A stretch of 64,000 bases of DNA from Octopus sinensis (lineage: Eukaryota): contig NC_043009.1 of NCBI RefSeq assembly GCF_006345805.1, positions 64,480,001 through 64,544,000 on the forward strand, given 5' to 3'. Each line of letters starts with the position of its first letter. The first letter of the stretch is position 1. Positions 1-38,745 of this stretch are shown here, in pieces. The notes beneath the pieces are model-generated. The model saw nothing but the letters and a program-made list of their open reading frames with translations. It did not search any database and was not told the origin of the DNA. The position numbers and the translations under genes are program-made.

Positions 1-1469
1 ATGTATATATATATGTATGTATATATCCGAGTAGTATATCTTCGTTTATGGCTCTAACCGGTCAGAAAGTTATCGTTAGTTTCGCCTCTACCATCACAGT
101 GGGCAATATCGACCAGCCATTAGACATACTGGGCCGGGAGCTCATAGCCTCTTCACTGATGGCGGTAATAGAAAGTCGTGATCAGTTAGGTGGTGCATAA
201 AGCCGAAAGTTAAGGCAACTCTTCTTCCCCTTTCTGAGAGGGGAAAGAAGAGTTGTCTCCCCTTATACGATTCCTGCTGTGGCTGAAGTAAGTCAATTTC
301 GTTCTGCATACAACATTTCCGCTCTCCAACTCTCAAACGAAGCAAACCACGTCTCCGAAATTAATTTTGTGTCATGACGACAGTGGGTGAAAATTTCACA
401 TTTTTAATTCAAGGTTTCCGAATCCTGTGCATTTTTTAGGATCATTGCCTTCTCGGCCATGTTTTTCACATTCTGCTTTCGTTGAGGTCTAGATCGTTCC
501 AGCAGTTTTAAAAATTAAATTTGTGTAGCGTTCCCTTCTCATTTAATCGCCATATATAACTGGCCAATGTTGTAACGTTGTGTCTGTCCGGGATCCTAAA
601 AGTAGACCAGTGATTATCTAGCCTGATCTTAAAAGGAATCTCCGTTACTCCAATATATTTCCGTTTGTGTCCTTTCGTTGCTGCTAGTTTTAAACACTAC
701 TTCTGCTTCGATGACTGCTCAAACTTTCTTTTAGAGTGTGCTTTTCCCCCTACACAAACTCCTGTACAAACATTCACACACGTATACTAGATGGAATATA
801 CAAATTAGTTATGAAAATCCACCATACAAAACTACGATCATAAACTATATTCAGTGTCATTATATATGCCGATAAGCTAAGGTAACGACCCTTGTGACTA
901 AGAAAATATATGACAAGCTGAGATTTCTCCTTCATCGTATCTTATAGAAATAGTTTGGAAAAACAGATAGTTTTGTAACAATAGAAATTGTCACAAAATG
1001 AAGGAATTTTGGTAGTTGACAAGATATTTATAATTACATATATTCCCAATTTGCAGGACCACTTTGATTTCTCGGCCGATTATGAGTATTAGGATGGACT
1101 TGAGACGCCTTGACAAACGTTACCTATGTGTAAAAAATGAAACAAAGCGTCGCATAGTTTCAGTGGCATAACAATAAAATTGAATGACTAATATTTGTTC
1201 ATACGTCTAAGTGTAAACATATGCACAATATAATGATTACATGGCTGCATTGATACTATTTTGGAGAAGAAAATAAATATAGAAATGTGTCCGAATAGAA
1301 CAACGGGATATCAGCTCAGAGATTTCATTTCGATCATTGAACTTCGGGGTTAAAATATTAAAACCTTTCTGATAAAAATAATACATCAATAGGAGATGTT
1401 ATACAGGATGCGTGAAAGTCGATGCTCAATCAACTGCTCCTGAAATTATCAGTAAGCCTTTCTTTTACA

Positions 1470-1690
1470 TCTTTGATCTATCGATCAGAGATTTGATCAT
1501 AGGCACAAAATAGATCTTTCTTTTAAAGCTCTGATCTATCGATCAGAGATTTGATCATAGGCACAAACTTTAAAAGAAAACAGATCTTTCTTTTAAATCT
1601 CTGATCTATCGATCAGAGATTTGATCATAGGCACAGACCTTTGTTTTAAATTTCTAATCTATTGATCAGAGATTTGATCATAGGCACAAA
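1470..1690. repeat. Four-copy palindromic minisatellite (core gatctatcgatcagagatttgatcataggcaca)
   Basis: Cores at about 1475, 1533, 1603 and 1656, with irregular spacing of 53-70 bp. Confidence 0.9.
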
Positions 1691-2090
1691 CGTGGTTAAG
1701 AAGATTGCTTCCCAGTCTCAAGGCTCCAAGTTCAGTCCCACGACAGGACAACTTTGGCAAGAGTATTTTAATATAGTCTCGAGCTGATCAAAACCTTGAG
1801 TGTGTATTTGATAGTCTGAAACTGAAAGAAGCTCATCATATATAGATGTGTGTGTATGTGTGCATGGATTTGTTTTTGTTTGTATCCTCCACCGCCGCTT
1901 GACAACCGCAGTTGGTTTGTTTACGTCCCCGTAAACTAGCAGTTCGAAAAAAAAGCGTTCGATAGAATGAGTACCAGGCTTTGAAAATTAAGTACTGGGT
2001 TCGCAATGTTCGACAAATACTCCTCAGCACAGTGCCCCGCATTGCATGGCTGCAGTCCAATGATTGAAACATGTAAAAGATAAAGAAATG
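1690..2090 (+). mobile_element. tRNA-derived SINE family A (CORE-like body), degenerate copy
   Basis: Degenerate head with agttcagtccc B-box-like motif, gaaactgaaagaagc body, catggctgcagtc...gaaacatgtaaaaga tail. Confidence 0.85.
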
Positions 2091-2733
2091 AAAGGATATT
2101 GAGACAATAAATTAGTGTTTCTTTTGTTAATGTCTTCTGTAATATACATCTTCAGGACATGGTAAATTAGATTATTATTATAGAACAAATTTAAGAATAT
2201 CAACCAAAGGTTTACTAATGGAAAGGCTCCAATCAGAGGCAAATTTCCAATAAATTTCGTTCTGTTTGGGATTTTTAATTGTTTATTTTCCCCCGTGTAA
2301 CTATTTTTAAAAATGTTCTCAGTCTTTATTATAATTTCCCTTCAAATCAACTAATTTTCAATGCCTCATTCTATTGTTTCACGACATTGTTTGAGATTCA
2401 GCTTATGAGCCTAAGATTGCATATGGCCGAACTCTGATCTCCGATAATTCGATACTCCTCTGTCTTTTTACTTCTGTCCCTGGGTGACTCACCCGGAATA
2501 TAAGAAATCGATCAATTCTGCTTGATTCTTCTTCAAAGAAATTTGCTGCATTTCTTAATTTGTTTTCTTGTATTGCAATGATTCAAGCATAAGACAATTG
2601 CCTGTATTTACATATATTTATACGCGCACACATATAGATACATACCTGTATACACAAACACAAAAGTATGAATATATATACATTCATACATACATATACA
2701 TACATGCATAAATACATACATACATACATACAA

Positions 2734-2797
<64 letters not shown>

Positions 2798-2843
2798 TCA
2801 TACATGTATGCATGTATGTATGTGTGCATGTATGTATGTGTGC

Positions 2844-2883
<40 letters not shown>

Positions 2884-2904
2884 ATGTATATACATATATA
2901 TTCA

Positions 2905-2942
<38 letters not shown>

Positions 2943-3104
2943 GTAAAAAATATATACAAACAGGGACAAGAACGTGAAACACCTAGAAGACGACACAAGA
3001 ACAACAGGACGGGACATTCGAAGCCCTCAGTCATCAGTCAAGAACCGGATCATCTTCGCAATTTCGGCTGATTAATCTTGAGATTGCTCCGACCTATATA
3101 TACA

Positions 3105-3320
3105 TTTCTTTACTGCCCACAAGGGGCTAAACATAGAGGGGACAAACAAGGACAGACAAACGGATTAAGTCGATTACATCGACCCCAGTGCAAAACTGGT
3201 ACTTTATTTATCGACCCCGAAAGGATGGAAGGCAAAGTCGACCTCGGCGGAATTTGAACTCAGAACGAAATACCGCTAAGCATTTCGCCCGGCATGCTAA
3301 CGTTTCTGCCAGCTCGCCGC
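3105..3320 (-). mobile_element. tRNA-derived SINE family B
   Basis: Reverse complement ggcgagctggcagaaacgttagc...gagttcaaattccgccgaggtcgac...gtttagccccttgtgg. Confidence 0.9.
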
Positions 3321-3362
3321 CTATATATACATACACACATACATACATACATGCATGCATAC

Positions 3363-3393
<31 letters not shown>

Positions 3394-4124
3394 CAAAGAA
3401 CCTGAGACAGACGCACAGACAAAAATCCACAAAAAGAGATTAAGAGATAAACAGGCAATTATTGCAATGTTCCTTTCTGGTTTAGTGGTTAGGGTGTTGC
3501 GTCCACGATCGCCAGAGTGAAACTCTTCATTTCACACTTTTCCCGTCCACCCAGCTGTAAGTGGGTCCTCGTGATGGTGACTCAGGAAAATCACCCGAAC
3601 TGGGGGTCTCGTGAGCCATGCTTCGTATTCAGCGATCGAATGGATGAACAGTGCCACCCGTGCTGTGAATCCCGACTCGTTTCGATTGGTTATTCAACCA
3701 CATTGAAGGTGATGACGATAAGTGAACTAATTTTACAAGCGCTCACGAGTCAAAAGATCATATTGTTTTGTTATGGTGAAAGTTACTAGAAATTACTCAA
3801 AGACGGAAAAAAGGAAGTAATTTTTACATATATTTGTTGGAATGGTCCCGTTTAGATTTTCTGTCCGTAAATCGAATATCATACTGTAACGGAACACATG
3901 AAAAAGTAATTAGTTCCGTATGTTAATATTATTAATTTCCTTTTGTACGTAAACGGTAATATATATATATATAATTTTAATTGTCCATCAATTTAGGATG
4001 TTATTCAAAATAAACTAGGAAAGAACTATGAAATTATTTTAGAGTACGGGCTTCATTTGTATGCTTATCATTTATCTAATTAACAATAAAGGAATAATAA
4101 TACCTGAGTGTAACAAAATTTTAC

Positions 4125-30306
<26,182 letters not shown>

Positions 30307-30446
30307 GTTTCTAAGTAACAGATAGTAGTTCTCCTGTCTTAACTTTACTGTACAACGTCACTGAGAGATATGTTCTTGAAAGCTGCTTGTAGCAAATTAT
30401 AGCATTTCACAAGATATAAAATTACAATACATACACACATACATAC

Positions 30447-30479
<33 letters not shown>

Positions 30480-30783
30480 TATACATACACATACATTCAT
30501 ACATACACATATATGCATGTATGTGTATGTATGTGTATGTATATGTTTGTATATATATATATATTTCTTTTATCTTTTACTTGTTTCAGTCCTTGAACTG
30601 CGCCCATGCTGGGGTACCGCCTTGAAGGGTTTCATTCGGACAAGTCGCTTCCAGAAAATATGGGGTTTTGGGGCTGTGAGTTTTTTTTTTTTTTTTTTTT
30701 TCAAGTTTTCTACTTATTCTAGAGGTAAATTTTGTACATTTTACGCCAAATTATAAGATAGCTAAAAATAGTAGGCAATCCCA

Positions 30784-33300
30784 AGGCGGTGAGCTGGCAT
30801 TGTTAATAGCACGCCGGGCAGAATGCTTCGTGGGGTGCCCAAAATAAGGACGGGTTGAACAGTAGAGCATATGGAATCGACTTACGACTTTTACTTTCAT
30901 CCTTTAGGGGGTCATTAAATTAAGGAACAGTTATGCACTGGAGCAGATGTAATCGACTTACGACTTTTCCTTTCATCCTTCAGGGGGTCATTAAATTAAG
31001 GACTAGTTGTACACTGGAGTAAAGGTAATCCAATCAGGACTTTTCCTTTCATTCTCCCGGGGATCCTTGGACTTTTCCCTTCATCATTCCGGGGTCTTAA
31101 AATAAGGACCAGTTGAGCACAGGAGTAGATGTAATCGACCTACGACTTTTCCTTTCATTCTTCCGGATGTCATAAAAAAGGGCGGGTTGAACAGTAGAGC
31201 ACATGGAATCGACCTACGACATTTCCCTTCATCATTCAGGGGGTCCCTAAATTAAGGAACAGTTGTGCACAGTAGTAGATGTAACCGAATTACGACTTTT
31301 CCTTTCATCCTTCCCGGTGTGCTTATAATAAGGTCCAGTTGAAGACTAGAGTACATGTAATCGACTTACGACTTTTCCTTTCACCCTGGGGGTCCATAAA
31401 TTAGGACCAGTTGTACACTGGAGTAGATGTAATCGACTTACGACTTTTCATTTCATCCTCCAGGGAGTCCTTAAAATAAGGACCAGTTGAACACTGGAGT
31501 AGATGCAATCGACTTACGACTTTTCCCTTCATCATGCCGGGGGTCCTTAAAATAAGGACAAGTTTAACAGTAGAGTAGATGTAATCGACTTACGACTTTT
31601 CCTTTCTTCATTCCGGGGTTCCTTAAATTAGGGACCAGTTGAACACTGGGGTAGATGTAATCGATTTACGATATATACTTTCATCATTCTTGGAGGTCCT
31701 TAAAATAAGAACAGTTGAACATTGGAATAGATGTAGTCGGCTTGCAACTTTCCTTTCATTATTCTGAGGGTCCTTATATTAAGGACAATTGAACACTGGA
31801 GCAGATGTAACCGAATTACGACTTTTCTTTTCATCCTTCCGGGAGTCCTTAAAATAAGGACCATTTGAACCCTGGAATTGATGTAATCGACTTACGAATT
31901 TTCCTTCCATCCTTCCGAGGGTCCTTTAGTTAAGGACCAGTTGAACACTAGAGTAGATGTAATCGACTTGCGAATTTTCCTTTCATCAATCCGGGTGTCC
32001 TTAAATTAAGGACCAGTTGAACAGTGGAGTAGATGTAATCGACTTACGACTTTGCCTTTCGTCCTTCTGGGGTTCCTTAATATAAGAACCAGTTGGACAC
32101 TGCAGAAGATATAACCGAATTACGACATTTCCTTTCATCCTTCCAGGTGTCCTTATAAGAAGGTCCAGTTGAACACTAGAGTACTTGTAATCGACTTACG
32201 ACTTTTCCGTTCACCCTGGGGGTCCTTAAAATAAGAACCAGTTGAACACTGGAGTACATGCAATCGACTTACGAGCTTTCTTTTCATCCTTCCGGTGGTC
32301 CTTAAAATAAGGATCAGTATCCTTCCGGCGGTCCATAAATTAAGGACCACTTGAACACTGGAGTAGATGTAATCGACTTACAACATTTCCTTTCATCATT
32401 CCATATGGATCCTTAAAATAAGGAACTGTTGACCACTGGAATAGATGTAATCGACTTGCGACATTTCCTTTCATCCTTCCGAGGGTCCTTAAATTAAGGA
32501 CAATTGAACACTGTAACAGATGTAATCGACTTACGACTTTTCCTTTCATCATGCTGGTGATCCTTAAAATAAGGAATAGCTGAACACTGGAGCAGATATA
32601 ATCGACTTACGACTTTTTCTCTTATCCTTCCGGGGCTCATTAAATTAAGGACCAGTTTTGCACTGGAGTAGATGTAATCGACTTACGACTTTTGCTTTCA
32701 TCCTTCCGGGAGTCCTCAAATTAAGGAGCAGTTGTTCACTGAAATAGATGTAATTGACTTACGGCTTTGCCTGTCACCCTTCCGGGGTTCCTTAAGATAA
32801 GGACTAGTTGAACGCTAAATTAGATGTAACCGAATTACGACATTTTCTTTCATCCTTCCCGGAATCCTTGAAATAAGGACCAGTTGAACCCTGGAGTTGA
32901 TGTAATCGACTTACGACTTTTCTTTTCATCCTTCCGGGTGTCCTTTAGTTAAGGACTAGTTGAACACTGGGGTAGATGTAATCGACTTACGACTTTGCTT
33001 TTCACCCTTCCGGGAGTCCTTAAGATAAGGACTAGTTGAACATCGCAGTAGATGTAACCGAATTACTACTTTTCCTTTCATCTTTCCGGGGGTCCTTTAA
33101 TTAAGGACCAGTTGAACACTAGAGTACATGTAATCGGTCTACGACTTTTCCTTTCATCATTCCGGGGATCCGTAAAATAAGGACCAGTTGAACATTGGAG
33201 TAGATGTAATCGACTTACGACTTTTCGTTTCATCCTTCCGGGGATCCCTAATATTAGGGCTCTACCCCGAAATTGCCAGCCTTGTACCAACATTTGAAAA
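30784..33300 (+). repeat. SINE-B-derived tandem array, about 31 copies of a 76-bp unit, between a SINE head (30784-30826) and a SINE tail (33260-33300)
   Basis: Consensus gacttttcctttcatccttccgggggtccttaaaataaggaccagttgaacactggagtagatgtaatcgacttac aligns to the SINE B body gactttgcctttcatcctttcggggtcgattaaataagtaccagttacgcactggggtcgatataatcgactta. Confidence 0.95.
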
Positions 33301-36224
33301 CGTTGTTGTTGTTGTTGTATGTGAAGGGGAAGGAAGAATAAGGGACAGCAGTTGAATTACATTGTTGAATGAGTTTGAGAGAATCGGCGACGGCAAAATC
33401 CGTCTCTTTGTGAGTTATTTCTTTCGGAATTAGGATTGTAACATCCCAGCTAAACATTCACGAAAATAGACACTTAAAGCAAAGACTGTCTCCACACAGG
33501 AAATTTCCCAAACCTATGCTGATTGGTTGCTTTGAAGAATTCGTTCTCGGGAAATTGAAACAACTGCAGTGTGACACTGTCTTATTAAATGCTTTGCTTT
33601 CGGCCGTTTTTACGTTCTGAGTTCAAATTCCTCCGAGATCGACTTTGATTTTCGTCCTTTCAGGGTCGATAAAGTAAATACCTGTTAAGCGCTGAGGTTG
33701 ATGTAATCGACTTACAACCAGCCCCACCCGACCCCCACCCGCTCCGAATGTGCTGGCCTTGTGCCAAAATTTGAAACTATCATTAGGTATTTAGTTAAGA
33801 TGGCAATTTGTTGGAATCATTACCGCACCGGACAAATTGTTGAGCGGCATTTCTTCCGGCCATTCATGTTCTAAGCTCAAATTCCGCTGACTATGCGGCA
33901 GGTATTTAAAGGGAAAAAATTTGACAAGACAGTCAGTCACCGGGTGACGATACATCGAAGAGGCCAGGGAACAGAAGAAAGAAGAAGAAAGAAGACATGC
34001 ACCCAACACCAGAGCTGAAGACACCTCCGAAAGGAGGGGGGCACCACGTCAAAACGGTAGAGGAGTAGGGGCCGAAACCGGACGTGGTTCCTCCTGATGA
34101 TGTCTTGAGCTAACTGGATCCTATAAAGGAGCTGTTGTGGTAGCAGACCACGAAACACGGTCGTAATTCCTCCCCAAGTTCCTGTTAACCACTTCCCTAA
34201 AATTGCTGGCCTTGTGCAAAAATTTGAAACTAATATTTTATATGTACTTTTAAGTTTCCTTTGCACCTAGTTTTCATTCTTCCTAGACTTTATCTTTCCA
34301 TCATTCGTTATCTTTTCATACTTCGTTATCTCTTCATTTCATTTTCCCCCCATGAGTTCTTTTTACTTATTTTTACTATCATCTTTTACTCTGTTACAAA
34401 ATTCTATAAACACTTTTCCCAGTTTCTCTCTCTCTCTTTCTCCCTCGTATATTTCGTCTCTATATTCTCAGAGGCTACACATTTCAAGGACTTAAGCCTT
34501 TCATCATTTCTGTATGTAGTAGCATCTGTTTATGAACACAATCTCTTATCGGTCCTTATACCTTTGTTTGTCTTACATTATCTTAATACCACTGATATAT
34601 CTCTTTCCATTGCATTATGTAATTCTCACAGCTGACACGCGAGACATTTCATCTCACAGTATTTGTTATTTACAGAGAAATGCTGATGACTTTCAAGTGT
34701 TGTACTTTTCGTCCAATAAAACTTTCCCATTCACAACTAATCTACTTGTCGGTTTTGTTGTTTGCCTGTGTGCAAAAATAAGCGAAGCATTTCTGACGTT
34801 ACCCGTTCTTAAACTATGACTTGAATTCCCTGTTATTATAAAGCTATAATGTTTATTGTCAAGTTTTCTATTAGTTTGATAAATAAGGCGGTGCGGCGTC
34901 AAAATCGGATCGGGTGACAGAATAAACATTTAATCGAACCTTATCACGTCCCGAGCAAATTCCACCAAAATAGAATTTTTCTTTCACTGGTGCGAAGTAG
35001 ACTAGTATCGGACTAATCTCGTCGCTTTGTCCAATCTGACGTCTACAACCATCTCGTTTGGACATTCTGCGAAAAGTCTGTGTGAATGTTTCTCAGTTGT
35101 AAACAAGCATCATTTACTATGAAAAGAAAAGCGTTTTTCTTTAACAAATGAACATCCAGTTTATATACAGAAGACGTTTCGGGGTTTTCATCTAATGAAA
35201 ACCCGCCAGATTTAAAAGAACCAGATAGATTCGTATTAGATCTTTAATTAAAACGTTTCGGCCTGTTGTGCAACATAGCATATTTCTTTATTAAATCTCT
35301 AATGCAAAACATTTGATCAAACAATAGTTCCAATTGATTTCAAAGCTAAACGAATCCCTTTAAACCTTCCCATCTCTCACAGTATCTTTGTAACTCTACG
35401 AGCAAGACAAAACCCGTATGAGACAGAAAAATGGATGTGTAGAAGATTATTATTGGATATGTATGAAAAGAAACCAATGGCGAGGCCAAGCATCTCGTCG
35501 TTAAATTAAATATAAACGACCGAATAGAATACATCGGCAGGCGTAAACCAATTGAGGCCTCGAAAGGTTACACTGTCAACTCCACTCAGAGCCAGAGCTG
35601 TAGGTTAATCAATCCTACCAAGAGTGAAACAATATTATAAGGAAGCTTATAAAGGATGAGCCTAGTTGTAAAATTTTATAATACGATATCGTCTAGTTTT
35701 TTCAATCTTTATTCTCCCCTACACCCACCCCCGCCAAAGTAAATTAATCTAGGTCTTAGTATTTGGTAAGCTATACACAGCAATTACTCCGACATTGGTA
35801 TAATTATGAATGTCAGAAAATTGCTTTTTTACGTCGTGACACTCTACTGAGAGAAAAACGACGATAAATAACGAGCTTCTTAATGTGGCAATAGGAACTT
35901 TGATAGAGCTGATATTGCACATTCTGTAGCCTATATGGTCTTGAGAGTCTAAATAACGAAGCAGATGAGACTAACTTAGGATTATTCATAGAAGACACAC
36001 AACAGAAACGGATATGAATTAAAATTAGGAAAAAAAAAACTACATGGAATGAGAGAATAATTAATACAGCGATGAATAGAAAATGCCGGTGGATGTTGAA
36101 ATATCGATAAAAAGTCTTGAGCAACGTTTATGCATGAGAATGTCTGTATATTTTGTATATTTATAACCGGAGAAACGAAATTAATTTAATAGCGTTTGAA
36201 TTGATCATATCCTAAAACATATGT

Positions 36225-36534
36225 CAAACGTCGCTCTTTCCAAGCCTAGCCAGGCGCAGGGGCCCGGTTTCCTGGTTTCTGTGGCGTATGTGTTCCCCCC
36301 AGCTGGACGGGGCGCCAGTCCATTGCAGCGTAACTCAAGAAACAGGAAGAGAGAGTGAGAGACAGTTGTGGCGAAAGAGTACAGCAGGGATCACCAACAC
36401 CTCCTGCCGGAGCCTCGTGGATCTTTTAGGTGTTTTAGCTCAATAAACACACACAACGCCCGGTCGGGGAATCGAAACCGCGATCCTCCGACCGCGAGTC
36501 CGCTGCCCTAACCACTGGGCCATTGCGCCTCCAC
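36225..36534 (-). mobile_element. SINE family C with tail type 2 and 11-bp TSD
   Basis: TSD aaaacatatgt at 36214-36224 and 36535-36545. Confidence 0.92.
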
Positions 36535-37061
36535 AAAACATATGTTAGGGCAACAGAATTAACAGTCACCGTTGTTACAAGCCCAATCATTCACATGGTT
36601 AGCTCCAATAGAAAAATACGTTATGGCTTTGTCGAGGTTTCTGTGGTTCTTGCGTGATACAAATCATGACGAACTCGAAAATTACCATGTCGATTGCAGG
36701 CAGTGCACAAGTATAAGGGAACGGGAGCTTGAAACCAGAGATTCGGCATGACCGTTTTTGAGAATTTCTATTTACAGTGGCGACAGTTTGAACAAAAGGA
36801 CTGCTGTTTCTGCTTTGTATAAACATAGCTCTCTTATGTAAATAGCAGCCGACTTGAATTTCGTTCTCCTTCAGAAAGAAACGTTGGTCTCGAAATGTTT
36901 AATTAAAACATGCTTTATTTACATATGTCTTAATATGTGTGGGCGCATGTCCACATGAGTATATATGATTGTGTATATGCATACGTGCATATATAACTCT
37001 GTGCATGTGTGATTGCGTGTGTACATTGGTTTTGTGTGTGTGTGTGTCTAAATATGTATAC

Positions 37062-37280
37062 TCTTTTACTGGTTTCAGTCATTTGACTGCGGCCATGCTG
37101 GAGCACCGCCTTTAGTCGAGCAACTCGACCCCGGGACTTGTTCTTTTTGTAAGCCCAGTACTTATTCTATCTGTCTCTTTTTGCCGAACGCTAAGTGACG
37201 GGGACGTAAACACACCAGCATCGGTTGTCAAGCAATTCTAGGGGGACAAACACACACACACACACAAACAACACAACACA

Positions 37281-37326
<46 letters not shown>

Positions 37327-37525
37327 ATATATATATATATATATATATATGTATACATATATACGACAGGCTTCTTTCAGTTTCCGTCTATCAAATCCAC
37401 TCACAAGGCATTGGTCGGCCCGAGGCTATAGTAGAAGACACTTGCCCAAGGTGGCACGCAGTGGGACTGAACCCAGAACCATGTGGTTGGTTCGCAAGCC
37501 ACTTACCACACAGCCGCCCCTGCGC
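37062..37525 (-). mobile_element. SINE family A
   Basis: Full head-body-tail on the reverse complement. Confidence 0.92.
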
Positions 37526-37939
37526 CTTTGTGTGTGTGTATGCATCTGCAAGCGCGCATGCAAAAACGAAGACGTGTATAAACATTCCTTGTTTTGAAAT
37601 CATTGAAAGATTTGCTTAAAAGTATTACATTAAAATCTTATTTAAGCAACAACGCAACTTCATGTGTTAAGTTATTAGTGGGACTTCGCTAGTTTGAAGC
37701 TTAAGATGTTTATATTATTACTACTACTACTACGCGAAATAGAAATGAAATAAAAAAACGTGAGCTTGAAGCAGCCTTTTTTTTTTTTTTTTTTGCTCCA
37801 AAAGAGTTTTAAACCAAATAACATAAATGTATTTCAAAACAATATTCAAACAGAGATTATTTCAGAAGGAAAGCAGGCTCAGTTCACCGGCTGATACAAT
37901 GGAGTCTTTCAGTTACAATGCATTATAGAATACTCTACA

Positions 37940-38348
37940 TGCGCAGGAGTGGCTGTGTGGTAAATAGCTTGCTAACCAACCACATGGTTCCGGGTTCAAT
38001 CCCACTGCGTGGCACCTTGGGCAAGTGTCTTCTACTATAGCCTCGGGCCGACTAAAGCCTTGTGAGTGGGTTTGGCAGACGGAAACTGAAAAGAAGCCCG
38101 TCGTATATATGTATATATATATATATGCGGGCGTGTGTTTGCGTGTCTGTGTTTGTCCCCCTAGCATTGTTTGACAACCGATGCTGGTGTGTTTATGTCC
38201 CCGTTACTTAGCGGTTCTGCAAAAGAAACCGATAGAATAAGTACCGGGCTTACAAAAGAATAAGTCCCGGGGTTGAGTTGCTCGATTAAAGGCGGTGCTC
38301 CAGCATGGCCGCAGTCAAATGACTGAAACAAGTAAAAGAATAAAAGAG
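37940..38348 (+). mobile_element. SINE family A
   Basis: Full head-body-tail. Confidence 0.92.
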
Positions 38349-38439
38349 TATGTGTATTGAGTCCTGTAATTTATCGCTTCTGGTGAATCAACAAATATTG
38401 ACATAAAACTCAAACATTTCATGTTAGTAATGCAAGACG

Positions 38440-38745
38440 AAGATCCCAACATCGTCATCACGACGCAGGACCAGATACTGCAACATCTTGGGTTCCAAGA
38501 CACCACGTCTCTTCAATATCCTCCCCAAAAGCCTGAGACGCTGGCGTGATGTGGATGTGGATGTCTTCAAAACGAAACTGGATTTCCTCCTGTCGAGAAC
38601 GAAACGCAGATGAAGGCAGCAGCATCAAACTCCTTCAATCATCAAATGCCACGTATCAGAGGAGGTTTCTAATAATGAAAGTGTAGGAAAACTGACGGCG
38701 GTGCCCCAGCATGGCCGCATCGCTCGGGCTGAAGCTGTGTCAAAG
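38440..38745 (+). mobile_element. CR1/L2-type LINE 3' end (ORF2 C-terminus and 3' UTR)
   Basis: RYCNILGSKTPRLFNILPKSLR...VDVFKTKLDFLL...AAASNS; the UTR ends ggcggtgccccagcatggccgca, shared with the SINE A tail. Confidence 0.75.

Noticed and set aside
1270-1380. SELISR / ELYP-like text as the missing SLC22 TM10-11 exon
   Set aside because: Needs a frameshift, has no GK motif or hydrophobic helix, and there is a stop right after the nearest acceptor
3015-3050. Hammerhead-like CTGATGA...GAAT on the minus strand
   Set aside because: GAAT instead of GAAA, and no stem I or stem II pairing
30826-33255. CRISPR-like array (regular spacing, palindromic unit)
   Set aside because: Units are contiguous diverged copies with no unique spacers, align to a SINE body, and there are no cas genes; the context is eukaryotic
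34693-35065. Short minus-strand ORFs / possible 5' UTR exon
   Set aside because: No homology or convincing splice pair visible; cannot be supported without RNA data
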